64,000 bases of DNA, taken from positions 92,008,001 through 92,072,000 of the forward strand of contig JAGIQG010000005.1 of the NCBI GenBank assembly GCA_024679065.1. Direction: 5' to 3'. Both the position numbers and the translations under genes were made by a program. This document shows, piece after piece, positions 26,490-39,740 of this stretch. This DNA comes from Sphyrna mokarran (Eukaryota). The notes under the pieces were generated by a model, which made no database searches, was not told the DNA's origin, and saw only the letters and a program-made list of their open reading frames with translations. Each line of letters opens with the position of its first letter. Position 1 is the stretch's first letter.

Positions 26490-28625
26490 GGCAGTATAGT
26501 CAGAAGGATTGACACTATTGTCTGTAGCGAAAGTTGGAAACACAAACTGGAGAGGAACTTGCAGTAGGAGGAGAGAGGGCCAAGTCGTTGTGCTTAATGT
26601 AGGTACTAATGACATAGACAGCATAAGGAAAGAGGTTCTTCATATGCAGTATGAGAATCTTAGCATCAAATTAAGAAGCAAAATCTCAAAGGTCACAATT
26701 TCTGATTAGAATAGGACAAATCAAATTAGGGAGATAAATGCATGCTCAAAGACTAGTGTGTGTGAAGTCTGGTTCATGGAACATTAGCATCATTACTGGA
26801 AAAAATGGTTCCTGTACCACCTGCACCAGAATCATGCTGGGACCAGTGTTCTTGCGAGCCGCATAACTAAGGAACTGGGAAGTTTAACACTAAATAGTGG
26901 GGGCTCAGGATCAAATCTGGGATGATATAGTAAATCAAAGAGTAGAGACAAGGCAAAGAGAAAGGAGTTATTATGGGAAACGAAATACTGACCATGATAG
27001 GAAGAAGATAAATGTAACAGTAAATCAACAGATGAGAGATTGTAATAAGAATAAGATGATAAAACTAAAGGCTCTATATCAAAGTGCATAAAGCATTCAA
27101 AACAAAATAGTTCAACTGAGAGTGCACCACTTGTTAGCTATTACAGAGACATGGCTTCAGTAGGACATGGATTGGGACCTGACTATTGAAGGGTACATGC
27201 CAGTTAGGAAGGAGACAAAGTGAGAAAATGATGGAGGTATGGCTCCGTTAGTTAATGTTGGCATTAGCACAAGAGAGGGCTAACCCAAGTTCAGGAAATC
27301 AGGATGTGGAAACAGTTTGGGTGAGTTGAGAAATGATAAAGGGTAAGAAGTCACTTATGAACAGGCCTCCTAATAGTAACCACATGATAATCATTAATTA
27401 ATGATCTTATATTAAAGTTGCCGCTAGGTTGCAGCGATCATAATTTGATTGAATTTTTCATTCAGTTTGAGGGAGTGATGAGTGGATCCAAAACTATGTA
27501 CTTAAACTTAAATGAGGACAATTGAGGACAAGAAAGTAGAGCTGGGTAAACAAATTAGCAAATTAAGTTAAGGGATAAGTCAGAGATGCAGTTGTAAACA
27601 TTTAAGGGGAAATTTCGTATTACACAGAATAAACGCATTCAACGAGTAAGAAAAAAGTCCAAGGGACAGACAAACCATCTGTAGTTAACTAGAAATGTTA
27701 AAGATAGTATCAAACTTAAAGAAAAAGCATATAATTGTGAAAAGATCAGTAAAAGTTCAGAAGGTTGGACAGAACATGAAGGACAGCAAAGAAAGGAGGA
27801 AAAAATTAAAGTACAAGAGAAAAATGGCCAGAAATACTAAAATTGACAGTAAGAGTTTCTATAAATATTTTAAAGAGAAACAAGTTAACAAAGTGAGCCT
27901 GATCCTATAGAAACTGTAACTGGAGAATTGATAATTGAAAACAAGGAAATGGCAGATGAATTAAACAGGTATGGATACAAGTAACATTCCAGAAACAGCT
28001 ATAAATCAGGAAATGGAAAAGAAGGAAGATCTCAGGAAAATTACAGTCACATAGAAGCCAAGTAAATTGTTGGAGCTGCAATCTGAAAAGTGCTCGAGTT
28101 CTAATGGACTCCATCTGATGGACGAGGGAGGCAGTAGTATTGTTGCCGAACTAGTAATCCAGAGACCCAGAATAATGCTCTGGGGTCCTGGATTTGATTC
28201 CCACTGTGGCAGATGGTGGAATTTGAATTCAATAAAAAAATCTGCAACTAACAATCTAATAATGACAATGAAATTATTGTCTGATTGTCATAAAAAGCCA
28301 TCTGCTTCATTAATATTCTTTAGTGAAGGAATCTGCCATCCTTACGTGATCTGGCTTACATGTGACTTCACACCCATAGCAACGTGGTTAATTCGTAACT
28401 GCTCTCTGAAATAGACAATTAGAGATGAGCAAGTGGTCACATCCCATGAAAAATGGAAAAAAAAAATCCTCAGGTCTTTAAAGAAGTGACCAGTGAGATA
28501 GTTGATGCATCAGTTTGAATTTTCTGAAACTCAGATTCAGGGAATATTCCATTAGATTGAAAAAAAAATGTAACTCAACTATTCAAAGAGAGATCGATAG
28601 CTAAGAACTTTCAGGTTGGCAAGGT
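26490..28625 (+). mobile_element. Decayed CR1 LINE (ORF1 SGNH-esterase region and ORF2 APE region) interrupted by a SINE
   Basis: VVVLNVGTNDI esterase motif; AITETWL APE motif at ~27135-27155; KIDSKSFYKY; resumes after 28465. Confidence 0.8.
28125..28466 (+). mobile_element. Second tRNA-like SINE family with an A-rich tail, nested in CR1
   Basis: ctagtaatccagagaccc...ggatttgattcccac head and cacatcccatgaaaaatggaaaaaaaaaa tail. Related sequence at ~57720-57850 and ~33010-33120. Confidence 0.7.
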
Positions 28626-28724
28626 ATAATGAGTTGTGTACCACAGCGATCAGTATTGTGACCTCAACTATGAAGTTGCTTTCTGGGAAAGAGGGGAGGC
28701 TCAAGCATGGGGTTTGGGAGGGTT

Positions 28725-28764
28725 GGGGGGGGGGGGGGGGGGGGAGGGGAGGGGGGGGGGGGGG
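28725..28764 (+). repeat. Poly-G tract
   Basis: About 40 nt of nearly pure G. Confidence 0.9.
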
Positions 28765-28949
28765 AACACTAGAGAGTCCTGGGCTGGCCTGCAATCTGCT
28801 GGCCAGCAAAAAGAGAGGCTGACAGTGTGGGGCCACTGTGCGTGCAGGTTTCACTCCCTTAGGTGGGAATAGGTCCTGAAATTTGATGATATTCATGTTG
28901 GTGACCTCAGCATTACACAGAGTGTGGGAGACTCTAGTCTGAATCCCCT

Positions 28950-29515
28950 CAGAAAAGAAAAACCTGAATTACTCCAGTTTTCTCACGAATTCAACACTTA
29001 GTTGTTTTGGGAGAGTTCAACTCTCAATGATGGTAACGCCATTGAATGTCAAGGGGGCAACAGTTAAATTCTATTTTGGTGGAGATGGTCATTGCCTAGT
29101 ATTTGTGTGATATTATAGAATCCCTACAATGCAGAAGGAAGCCATTCAGTCCGTATTTACACTGCTAATCCCTCTGACACTAAGGGCCAATTTAGCATGG
29201 CCCTTAGCACATCTACCAGCACATCTTGGGACTGTGGGCAGGAACCCAAGCAGGCACAGGGAGAATATGCAAACTCCACACAAACAATCATCCAAGGCTG
29301 AAATTGAATCCGGGTCCCTGGTGCTGAGAGACAGCAGTGCTAACCACTGCACGACCCTACGGTGCTCCTTACTGTGTCAGGCTAAGTAGTATCTGAGTCA
29401 TTGCAAATAGTGTTGAACATTGTGCAATCATAAGCAGATATTTTCACGACTGACCATATGATGGAGGCAGTGTCATTGATGAAGCAGCTAAAGATGGTTT
29501 AGCCTAGGGTGCTTA
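28950..29515 (-). mobile_element. CR1/L2-group RT fragment (same family as 16320-17625) interrupted by a SINE
   Basis: ccattgaatgtcaaggggg is the reverse complement of ccccttaacattcaatgg at ~16985. Confidence 0.7.
29113..29357 (-). mobile_element. HE1-type SINE
   Basis: Reverse SINE consensus. Confidence 0.88.
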
Positions 29516-30199
29516 CAAATGAACATGCCTAAAAAGAATTCTGGTTATTAAATGCCCAAAATCATCTTTCTAAGTCTTGCTGTGCCTGGGAAATTGCTGG
29601 TGACTACAGGCAATCCAGAAGGTTGGCAACTCAGCTTGACAAGTTAGCAGCAGCTTCCTACAAGGACATGTATGAGATCTGTTGCTCAATACAAATTAAA
29701 TCAGATAATAATAATGCTTTGCCACAGAAATAATGTGAAGGCCAGAACTTGTTTAACAGCAGAACTCACACTTTTCGCTCACATCCTCACTGGCATTTCC
29801 CATCTGAATCCAACTCACTCTCTTATCATTCTCCTGAGAATTCATGAATTTTCATCCTGAAGCAAGAAAGCTCTTGGGTAGCATCTGAACTTCAGCCACC
29901 ATGAAAATCCCATCAAAATACCAACCATTATTTGCAGCTCTACTGCAGGGTAAGGCCTAGCAATGCAGGCAGAGCTGGAGCACCTAGTGGAGGAAGCTTC
30001 AGGGGCAATACTGGAGCAACAAGGACCTTCTACTTTCTTATTTCCCCTTTCAGTAATACTGTCTCATATCTCAACACACAGACAGTTCACAATGTCCAAC
30101 GCTCCAATGAGACAGATGAGCATGACAGACTGCAACTCCCAAAGTGCAAGGGAATGCAATTGGCTACCGGTTGAAAAGCTCACACTGGTCTGTGAAATG

Positions 30200-30545
30200 T
30201 AGTTTGTCCACCTATTTTTAGATAGGTGCACAGAGATGCAGAAGTTTAAGGAGGGAGTTCCAGAACTTCAGCCCCAGGCAGCTGCCAATAATTACGAAAA
30301 TCAGGGACCACAAGAGATCAGCATTGGAGGTGTGCATCTCGCAAGGTTGTCACATTGGAGGAGGCTACAGTGATAAAATTAGGCAGCAAGGTCAGGAAAA
30401 GGTTTGAACATAAGGGTGAGTATTTCAGATCTGAGGTGTTGCAGGACTGGGCGCCAATGAAAGTCAGCCAGCAGAGTTTTTGGATGAGCTCATGTTCATG
30501 GAAGGTGGAAAAGCAGCCAAGAGCACATTGAATAGTTATGTATGA
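30200..30545 (-). mobile_element. Decayed L2-like fragment
   Basis: gagggagttccagaac...ggaggaggctacag pattern typical of L2 3' regions. Confidence 0.45.
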
Positions 30546-32314
30546 AGATCATTTAAAAATATACAAGTGAACTGAAATTATAGTGTAGGACACTTAATAT
30601 ATAATACTTAATCCATCTGTCTGTAAACTTCCTTTTTATTTAAGAAAGTTAGAAGGTCGATACCTCTCCTAAAATGCAAGAAACCAATTTCAAAGGAAAT
30701 GCATATTTTAACTATCCTGTTTTCAAGATTAGGTTCCCAATTTTCTCAATCAATCTCCTCCTATGAATCAACAAACAAAAATTACCCTTCCATCTCATCA
30801 CAATAGTTTTGTTGCAAGCCTCCAAGTGCAGAATAACAGATGTATGTTCATCAATTAACTTTTTATGTTTACAGTGGCATTGCACACAGGGAATTGTGAA
30901 CAAGTCCAGCATTCAAGTTAAGCAGCATCAAAGAATAGGCAGATCATTGGTTCCAAGTGGAGGAAATGCATTGAGCCTGTGAACAAGGAGGGGACAGGCA
31001 ACAGAGAGAGAAAGATGATGTGAGCAGCAAAAGGAAAGGAGGAGGGAAAAGGCAATGGTCAGGAAAGAAGCAGAAAAGAGGGGCACAGGAATGGGGATGA
31101 GGGAGCCAACATTATTTAACTTCAGCAGAAAAATTGAGTAAAGTGGTTCATTTGCCTTGATTAGACATGCAGTTTTATTTCAACAAGGAGGGGAATTTTT
31201 CCTTCTTTTTCAAGAAATTTTATTCAAAGGAAGGATTATTTCCAAGTACTCACTTTCAGAGATGGCCCAAAATTAATGTGGATCAATGATTACTTGGTGC
31301 AGCTAGACAGTGATGATGAGTTCAGGACAGCGAGACTGTAATGTAACATTGGTTGGGATTTGCTGCACTTAATGGACCCCAGTACATGACCCAAACAGCA
31401 CCAGTGATAGGCACAATATCATAATGTGCTTAAATAGAAATATAGCAATGAATATGGGGCAAAGTCAAACATACGGACTAAGATCACAGATCAAACATTA
31501 TTTCATTAAATAGGGAAGCATGCTCGATGGATTAAACAGCCTACTCTTGTTCCCGTGTTGTCTCCGAGTAGATGCAGAGCTGCAGTGTTACACTGGGATT
31601 GGCTACATCATACGCATGAAGAATGGAAGGAAGTGTATACTGCCTGCAAAGTGATAGATATACTTAGTAACTTGAAATCTGGCCAAGTGGAACAGGAGTA
31701 TCATTTAAAGTTTTTGATATGATTATTCCCGAGTTATGTACTGCTAAACAGCATTCAGAACTTTACTGTAGTTTTTCCAAAATTTAAGCACTGTCATAAA
31801 AAGGATTCAGAATTGATTCAGGTGAAGCTTATCCAGCTTTACAATGGAGTCAACATACCTGTAACGGAAATTTGGTTACACATTGTGCTACAAAAATTTA
31901 AATCTTCCAGAGGAAGTGGTAAATTGCTTACTCAAAATATTCTCTCCTCCCTCAGATCTCAAAAGTTGCAAATGAGAAATTTCAAACCCATAGCTCTAAT
32001 TTTAAAAGGAGTGGGAGAGAATTTTTCTTCCCCCACTTCCTGAATCAGGAAATGCTATATTCTGTGGAGGCTCAATAGTTTGATTGCTAATAATGGTTTT
32101 ATCGTAAGAAAATCATACGCCTACCCGTTGAACACAATACTAATTAAATGACTACATTTCTCGTGTAAAAATGAGATATATTTGTATTAACCATACAAAT
32201 GGAAAGATAATGCCTCTCCGTATGCATCAGTTTTAGCAACGGAGTCTGATATTTTTGTATAAATCAGTATTGCTGAACTAATCTTTGAGAACTAATTGCC
32301 AATAGCAATTTTGT

Positions 32315-32595
32315 TTTATTTATTTGTGCCACAAGTAGGCTTACATTTACACTGCAATGAAGTTAATGTGAAAAATCCCATAGTCACCACACTCCGGCAC
32401 CTGTTTGGGTACACTGTAGGAGAATTTAGTCTGGTCAATTCACCTAACCTGCCCATTTTTCGACTGTGGGAGAAAACTGGAGTACTTGGAAAAAACCCGT
32501 GTACAGACTTCGCACAGTGACCCAAGCCAGGAATCGAACCAGGGTCCATGGCACTGTGAGGCAGTAATGCTAACCATTGTGCCACCATGCTGCCC
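32315..32595 (-). mobile_element. HE1-head SINE with an alternative 3' tail
   Basis: Same head as other copies, but tail ...ggatttttcacattaacttcattgcagtgtaaatgtaagcctacttgtggcacaaataaataaaa. Confidence 0.88.
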
Positions 32596-33519
32596 ATCAA
32601 AAGTCTCAGATGCTTTACAGTCAATAAAGAGATTCTGAAGAGCAGTCACTGCTGTAACAATTTGAAAAAAAGTGTTTGGAAAAATATTACCAGGCAGAAC
32701 AAGATCAGAGAGAACGTATCAAACTATTTAAGAGGCAGCAAGAAGGTGCTTAAAAATAGCAGAGTTATCTGGGCTTATAAATGGAGGCATAAAGAAGAGA
32801 TCATGTAGGAATGTTGTAAATCACACATTAGATCCTAGTTCAGCAAGGCCTTGATATTAAAATTCGAATCAGTTTTCAGATCTCTCCACGTCCTCATTCC
32901 TCCCCACTTTTGTAACCTACCTCAGCCCTACAAATAGATTAAAGAACTTGTTGTCCTTAAAGATAGTAATAATTTGTTAATAACAATCTCTCATCACTTT
33001 TACTGATGCCAGCTTTTTATTTCCAGATTTTTTTAAAAAATGGATTTCAATTCTCAAACTGCCAAGGTTGGATTTGTACACATTATCTGGATTTTTAGTC
33101 CTGTAACAGCTACCACACTAGCATACAGGAAACATTACTTTTCCTTTAGAAAGAAAGTGTTCAATTGACCAAGTAGATTTCAGTTTGAGATTCCCAATTC
33201 AAAGCACTGCACATTGTTTCCATTTGGACATTCAGGTTCTTTGTAAGAAATACATGGCATTATAAACAGAATATGTTTGTATCAATTGCAGTTAATTAGT
33301 ACCTTAGCAAAGAACCATCATACCATGAGTCAGAAATCTTATGAAAGATTATTGACCCTTGGTATAACTTCTGTTACTCTGTACAGATGCTGCTGGACCT
33401 ACTGAGCATTTCCTGCTATTTTTGTTCTTATTTCATATAGCTTAATACTGTAGATGCTAGAAATGTGTATCTTTTATCAATGGTCTTTATTTAAGAAGTG
33501 GACAGAATATGTTCATTGT

Positions 33520-34305
33520 TGTGATGTTAGTGTATCATTAAGTTTTTTTTTAATATTATGTTCTCTGCAGCTCTGTGTTTCCAAATTGTCTATAGCCCTT
33601 TTATTGCTCCTTCAATGGTTTAAATGGGATTTATTTTTACTCTGGGATGTCTCATGACATTGTTAGGAGGAAGTTTTTTTTTTCTCCCTAGTGAATTTAA
33701 GGTTTCAATTTCTGTTTGAATGTAGAGTTAGTTTTAGAAGGGACATCAGACTGGAAGCATTCCCTCTCTCTCTCTCCCTGTCCCTCCCCCTGCTATTTTT
33801 GGAAATTCTATTGGTAAGCTGAAAGCCAGGCTTCTTAACCTTCCTGGAGTGGAGAATCTGCTGTTAGTGGCTTGATCAGTCTCTCGCTGGTGTTCTGGGA
33901 AGCTGTTCTAGCTTCAAACTGTTCTGAGGGTATCCAAAGTGTTACTAGAAGTTACAGTTTCAATTCTCTAACCAAGAGATTCAGTTCCAATATCATACGA
34001 GCGTTAGTCTTTGCTGTGATAAACATGTGTTAAAGATTTTTTTGTCTAAAGGAAGTTTTATTCGATCGCAACATCTTAGAAAGATTTAAGGGTTGTATAT
34101 TATGGCTTGTTTGTTTGTAATTGATAAGTTATTGCTAATTTTCTTTTCATACATGTTAACTATATAAAAGCTCCCTAGAGAATCATTTGAATCATACCTG
34201 AAGTAAAATGTATCATGCTTACTCTAGCCAAAACCAAGGTGCAAACCTTATGATCCAGACAGGGTTTGACGAAACACTTCAGAGTTTCTGACCTGAATAA
34301 TAACT
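33520..34305 (+). mobile_element. Possible LTR-like remnant
   Basis: Composition and CT-rich internal tract resemble an LTR; termini and TSD not established. Confidence 0.3.
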
Positions 34306-35148
34306 GCGTGGCATTTCAAAATGTTTACATGAAGAATGGTGCATGATTAAGATCAACAGACATTAATCTTCAAGAAATCCATGAACAGAGGAACACATGA
34401 CCCTGTGCATGCTGTTCCTGTCAGGGCCTCTGCTTTCAAAATACTATGCTGGATCTACTAATGACAATGTCAGCGCAACCCAGAAGGTTTGGCAGTTCCC
34501 AACTATGTACAAGAAATGTGCACAAAAGGTTTGTGATCTTACCAACAAGAAATATCATCAGTGGTCAGATATTTGAATGACTGAGGGGGTTGGTCAGCAG
34601 CCATCCAATTGCAATTCATGCATGTACTTTTTGTGGAGAACAACCATCAGCCTCAAATAATGCCACCCTCCTTCACTACATCTCCTACAATGGGACCTTC
34701 AACTCTGCAATAAAAAGGATCAGGATTGCACATGTCTGCTAGGAACAATTCAGCTACTTTCCCGTCACCATCAATTCCCATTTTTAGCCTACTTTCCAGA
34801 TCTGACGTAACACCCATCTTACCCGCTCCTTAGTCAAGCTCTCTACACAAGTTTCGGCCATGTCAATTGTCATTCAACAATTAAGAAAATTCTGAAGTTT
34901 GAGCCTCTGTACAGCTTCATTCCTGTGTGGCCAACTTTTTTCATTTCAAAAATTAGACTTTATAAATCAGAACTTTAATTAGGCATTTTAGAAACAACAC
35001 CCATACAGCAAAATCCTAAAATAACTTATCAGGATTCAGAATCACAGGTATATCCTGTAGAGACACTGTTGACAAAAGATTGCTATGTTATCTTAGGGCA
35101 AATAAGGCAGCAGTATAGCCACTGTACCACCATGCCATCATAAAAAAA

Positions 35149-35352
35149 GTACAGTAAGTTTATTCACAACACCAGGTTAAATTTCAACAGGTTTATTTGG
35201 TATCACGAGCTTTCGGAGCATGTCATCAGTTGACTCACCTGATGGAGCAGCGCTCCAAAAGTTTGTGATACCAAATAAACCTGTTGAAATTTAACCTGGT
35301 GTTGAGATTTTTTACTGTGCCCTTGCTAGTCTAACACTAGCATCTCCACATC
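35149..35352. mobile_element. Palindromic Penelope-type element with two inverted, degenerate hammerhead cores
   Basis: Perfect 40-bp inverted arms at 35167-35206 and 35265-35304; flanking direct repeat aaaaaaagta at 35142-35151 and 35353-35362. Confidence 0.8.
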
Positions 35353-37479
35353 AAAAAAAGTATACAGCAAACTGAAAGATAAATCAAAAAGCAATCTCTT
35401 TAAGAGATATTACATCAAAAAGTGATTATTATTGATACGTATCTTTATTTCAACAGTTCCTTTAATTCTGATCGTGCAGATTGTCACTTGCCTGAGGTAC
35501 AGATAAACCACGAGACAAAACCAAGGCAATTGCATCAGAGTTCAGATATTAATCAAGAATGTAATTCTCGTTAACATGTTGATGGACAAACAAGTAAACT
35601 TTTAGTTTTACAATTTCCTCAATTGGCTTCAGAGGTGAGCAAGCCAGACAGCTGCAAAATCAAGATGAATCAGGAGTTCCAGGCTGACTTCCCCAAACTA
35701 AACTAGAACTGAATTAAATGGTGGTAGGCAGGGGTGAAGTTTAGCCACTGTTCCATCTCCTTGGATGAAAAATTGAGAATTGCAGGATACAAACATATTC
35801 ATGATTCCACATTCAGCAATGAAAATTTCCATTGTAATCTTGGCAATTTTATTAAGGTTTTGCACGAGACAGTTTGCTCAGTATTTTGATACGCTATTTT
35901 ACAGTGCAGTGGATGTTGCTTCACTTTACTTTTCATTACCACTAAGCGTGTAAATATCACACTTTGACAGCTTCGTTGCGACCCTTGCATTTTTAAGGTA
36001 TCATTTTAGATATCTGCAAAAGTGAAACCATGGAAGGTGAAAATTGTTGCATTTGATTATATAAACAAGAAATACAAAAAAATAGAAATGCAAGAAAACA
36101 TTGTAAACAGCTAGAGCTTAAACAGTACTCCAGCTATAGAGTACTGGCAGCATTTATTTATTTACAATGGCCGCAATGTGTTAGAGCAAATATATTTTGC
36201 AGTGATATTGGTGTGTTACAGGAATTTCAAGGGTACTGAAAATGTGCCTCCACTCTTGAAGGAAACTGTGCTGCAAGAGCACTGGCATGATTTCTGGCAT
36301 TTTATTTTGTTAAATGCAACTTAAGTGCATGTGAGAGGTTTTTGTTGCTATTTATTCAGAGTAGAAATTCGAATATTTAAAATTAAAACAAATCCCACCT
36401 TATCCACACTGAACCCAATATTTTGTAATCCAATTAGTTTAATCTGATCATAAACAAAAACAGCAGAAGCATACTAGATAAAACTCCATTCCTGGCAATT
36501 AGTGTAGCCAAAGCAAGCCACGTAAATACCACATCTTCCTATAGTAAACACAAATGATGCTTGTTTACTTGCTTCTCAATGGAATATAATAAGCACATTG
36601 TAAGTCATGGGCTGGAGATCTACACTCATTGCTAATGGCAAGCTAAGGAAGGTTAAACATTTGTAAATTCTCAAATGGCCTTGCCCCTCCCTTTCTCTGT
36701 AATCCTCAACTGAGACATTTACACTTAAATTCTGACCTGGAGCATACTCCCAGATTTTAATTACACCATCAGGGGACTGTGCTTTCAGCTACAACTGCCC
36801 CCAGGTTCTGGAATACCCTCCCATCTCACGTTACTCTTTTATGACACCCTCTATAACCTACTTCCTTGACTATACATTTGGAGAGCTGATCTAATACCTT
36901 CTGGCTATGTCACATTTTATTTTAGTACTTCTGTGAAATGACTTGCAATATCATATTGTCCTCAAAAGGATTCTACATACACAAGGGTTTGTTGGAAAAA
37001 AAATCTCAATCTTTATATTTAACCATATAGCAATTTGACTAGTTGTAGTAAAATCCAATATCTGAATAACTAACACAGCTTGTTTAGACATGTTGACAGT
37101 GATACCCATCAGTTTTGGCATGTTAGTAGTACACTATTACATTCCAGACTCAATATCTCATTTTGATACATATACCAGAAAGATTAATTGCCCTATTGGA
37201 TCCAACGACCTTTGGGGATTTTTGCATTGAAGTAGACCAGAGTATCATTCCAGAACTTAACATGCTGAAGCATACCGTTACAAAAATATTACAGTGCCCA
37301 ATAATAAATGGATTCCTTCCACTTAAACCCACAAGGCATTGGGTTGATCAGGGAACATTGATGCTGGGTTATTAAATTATTTCATTTTGTTAATTTGTTA
37401 TTCTTAGTCCCACAAAATGCCCATCACTGAACAATCCGGAGTCCAGATTAGGAGGCACAACCTTGGAATAGAGCGAGGC

Positions 37480-37710
37480 TGTTCTGAAATGGTATCAGAG
37501 GACACTCGTTCACGTAAGGGTGATGGAAATCTAGAACCCTGCCCCATCTCAAAACTTCATAGGCTAGGTCATTTAAAAATTTATAAAAACAAGAGATTAA
37601 AAACATTTTTGCTCAGCAGTTGCATTAAGGGTTATGGAACCAAAGTAGGTAAACTGAGTTAAAATACAAATAAGGTGCGATTTAATTGAATGGTGAAACA
37701 GATTTAAGAG
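37480..37710 (+). mobile_element. CR1 3' fragment
   Basis: agggtgatggaaatct...attaagggttatggaacc. Confidence 0.55.
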
Positions 37711-38509
37711 CTATCCAAAACGATAGAAAGACTGAAAAGGAGCTTTGTTGAGGATGCTAAAAGCCATGAGATAGATCTCAATTGACAGCAATGAGGGAAG
37801 AACTCAAAATTGATGGAATTTTCCAGTGATGCAAGAGAGTAGATTACCTATTAATTTCTGTTATACAATCAGTATGGCAAAACATCAATATGACAGATAT
37901 GACTTATTAAATTTGAGGCACTAAAAAATCTTTGACCTGATGGCCTATAACCTACGATACTAAATTACATGATTAAATACAGGGAACATTCATTGTGGAA
38001 GATCAACAGGATACTTTAAAAGGTTCCACATCAAAAAAAAATACATTTACTCAGGTAATTCATAGATTCATTAGCCTGACATTAATAGTAGGTAAAATAG
38101 TGCAACCTAATGTTGCAAGTGTAGATATTGGCAACAGCTTTAGCAAAAGTATAAATTTAAAAAGGGAAAGATACTATAACACAAGCCCATGATCTGTAAT
38201 TCCCATATAATAAAGAGTAGTGTTATTTGAGAATACTTTACAAATGTCATTGACAAAAGCAAAGGCATCAAAAAAAATAAGGCCCAAATAGAACCAAATT
38301 AGTACAGGATGGTAGAAAACGAAACTGAGAAGAATGGAGACTAACAATACACAAAAGAGTGAAGGCACTAAAATTAACTCATATTATCATTCAGAATACT
38401 TTCCATCTTAAGCACTGGCACTACATTACAAAACAAAAAGAGCATATTTGTGTCTGAGAAGGAAATACGTAACAAATGTGGTCTCACAAGTACATGTGAT
38501 AAAGCACAA

Positions 38510-39350
38510 GGAGGAGACACAAATATAGATCAGATAAACGAGTGGGCAAGATGATAGCAGATGGAGTAAAAACGGGAACATGCAATTATGCACTTAGCAG
38601 GAAGAATGATAAAGCTGAAGAGGCAAGAGGTGTAAACTCTAGCCTTCAGATGAAGTTAGGTTCCCCTGTGCTCCAGTCAGATTAACAGGTGGACACAGTA
38701 AGGAATTAGCAAGGCAAATAAATGGTGTGTTTGCCTTTATTGCAATTTGATTGGTGTCAATGAATAAAGGTTTGCTACAAGGTGATTGGGGTACAGGAAC
38801 ATGGATTTACTACAATTCTGTAGGGATTTGATGTGACCACACCTGGACAATGTAGAATTCTGTTCCCAATATGAAAGGAAGGATATTCTGGTCTTAAAAA
38901 GATTGCAACAGAAGTTTAGTAGCTGGATTCCCAGGATCAAAAAGGACCGTCCTTTGGAGGAGAGATGGATGAGAATATATTTCTGAAGCTTAAAAGAATG
39001 CGAGAGGACTTCATTATTTCAAAGTGAGATTTTGAGGAATTGGTGGGGCACACACTAAGACTATTTGCCCTAGCTGAGAAGTCTAAGACTAAAGATTATA
39101 GTAAACAGTTCAGGATTGAGATAAGAAATTTCTTCACTCAAAGTTGCGAATCATTGAAATTTTCCAGCAGAGGGGCTGTGGTTAGTCACAGAGTACTTTC
39201 AAGACTGACATAGAAGATCTTCAAACACTAAGGAAAATCAAAGGGTGTTGAGGAAGAGACAGGAAATTAGAGTTCACCTATAATTTTATTGAAAAATGAG
39301 CAGGCTTTTGGTGGGGCTGGTGGGCTGGGGTCATAAGATCTACTCCTGTT
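38510..39350 (+). mobile_element. Decayed CR1 RT/3' end
   Basis: gagtgggcaagatgatagcagatggag (WA.xWQME-like) and gtgaccacacctggac. Confidence 0.7.
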
Positions 39351-39591
39351 TCAGTGTTGAAAAAAAGTACATTTCATCACCCAGAATGAAGACAAAAGGG
39401 CAAAACATAAAATGATAGCATGAGTAAACTAAATACATAAAAGTTTAGGCTGAATGAAAGTTGGATCAGAATATCCACACGGCAATGAGAAAAGATTAAA
39501 GTTAGAATGGCAACAGGAAGAATTGGTAAGTGATACTCATGGAACAACTGACCAAAGCAGTGATCAAGCAAAAGCAAATAATGTGCCTTTC

Positions 39592-39740
39592 AAAATACTC
39601 AGTTGATCAGGCAGCATCCATGGGAGAGAAACAAAAATGAACCTTTCAGATTGATATTTCACCAGATCAACCTGAAACCTTAATGTTCTCCAGATGCCAT
39701 CTGATCTGCTCAGTATATACAACAATGTTATTTTGCATTA
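39592..39740. repeat. Degenerate palindromic short element (same family as 351-615)
   Basis: tttcagattgat / atcaacctgaaa and cagcatc / gatgcca inverted arms. Confidence 0.55.

Noticed and set aside
35167-35304. Hairpin as a conserved pre-miRNA
   Set aside because: The arms belong to a dispersed repeat family with other copies in this window, and the loop is too long.
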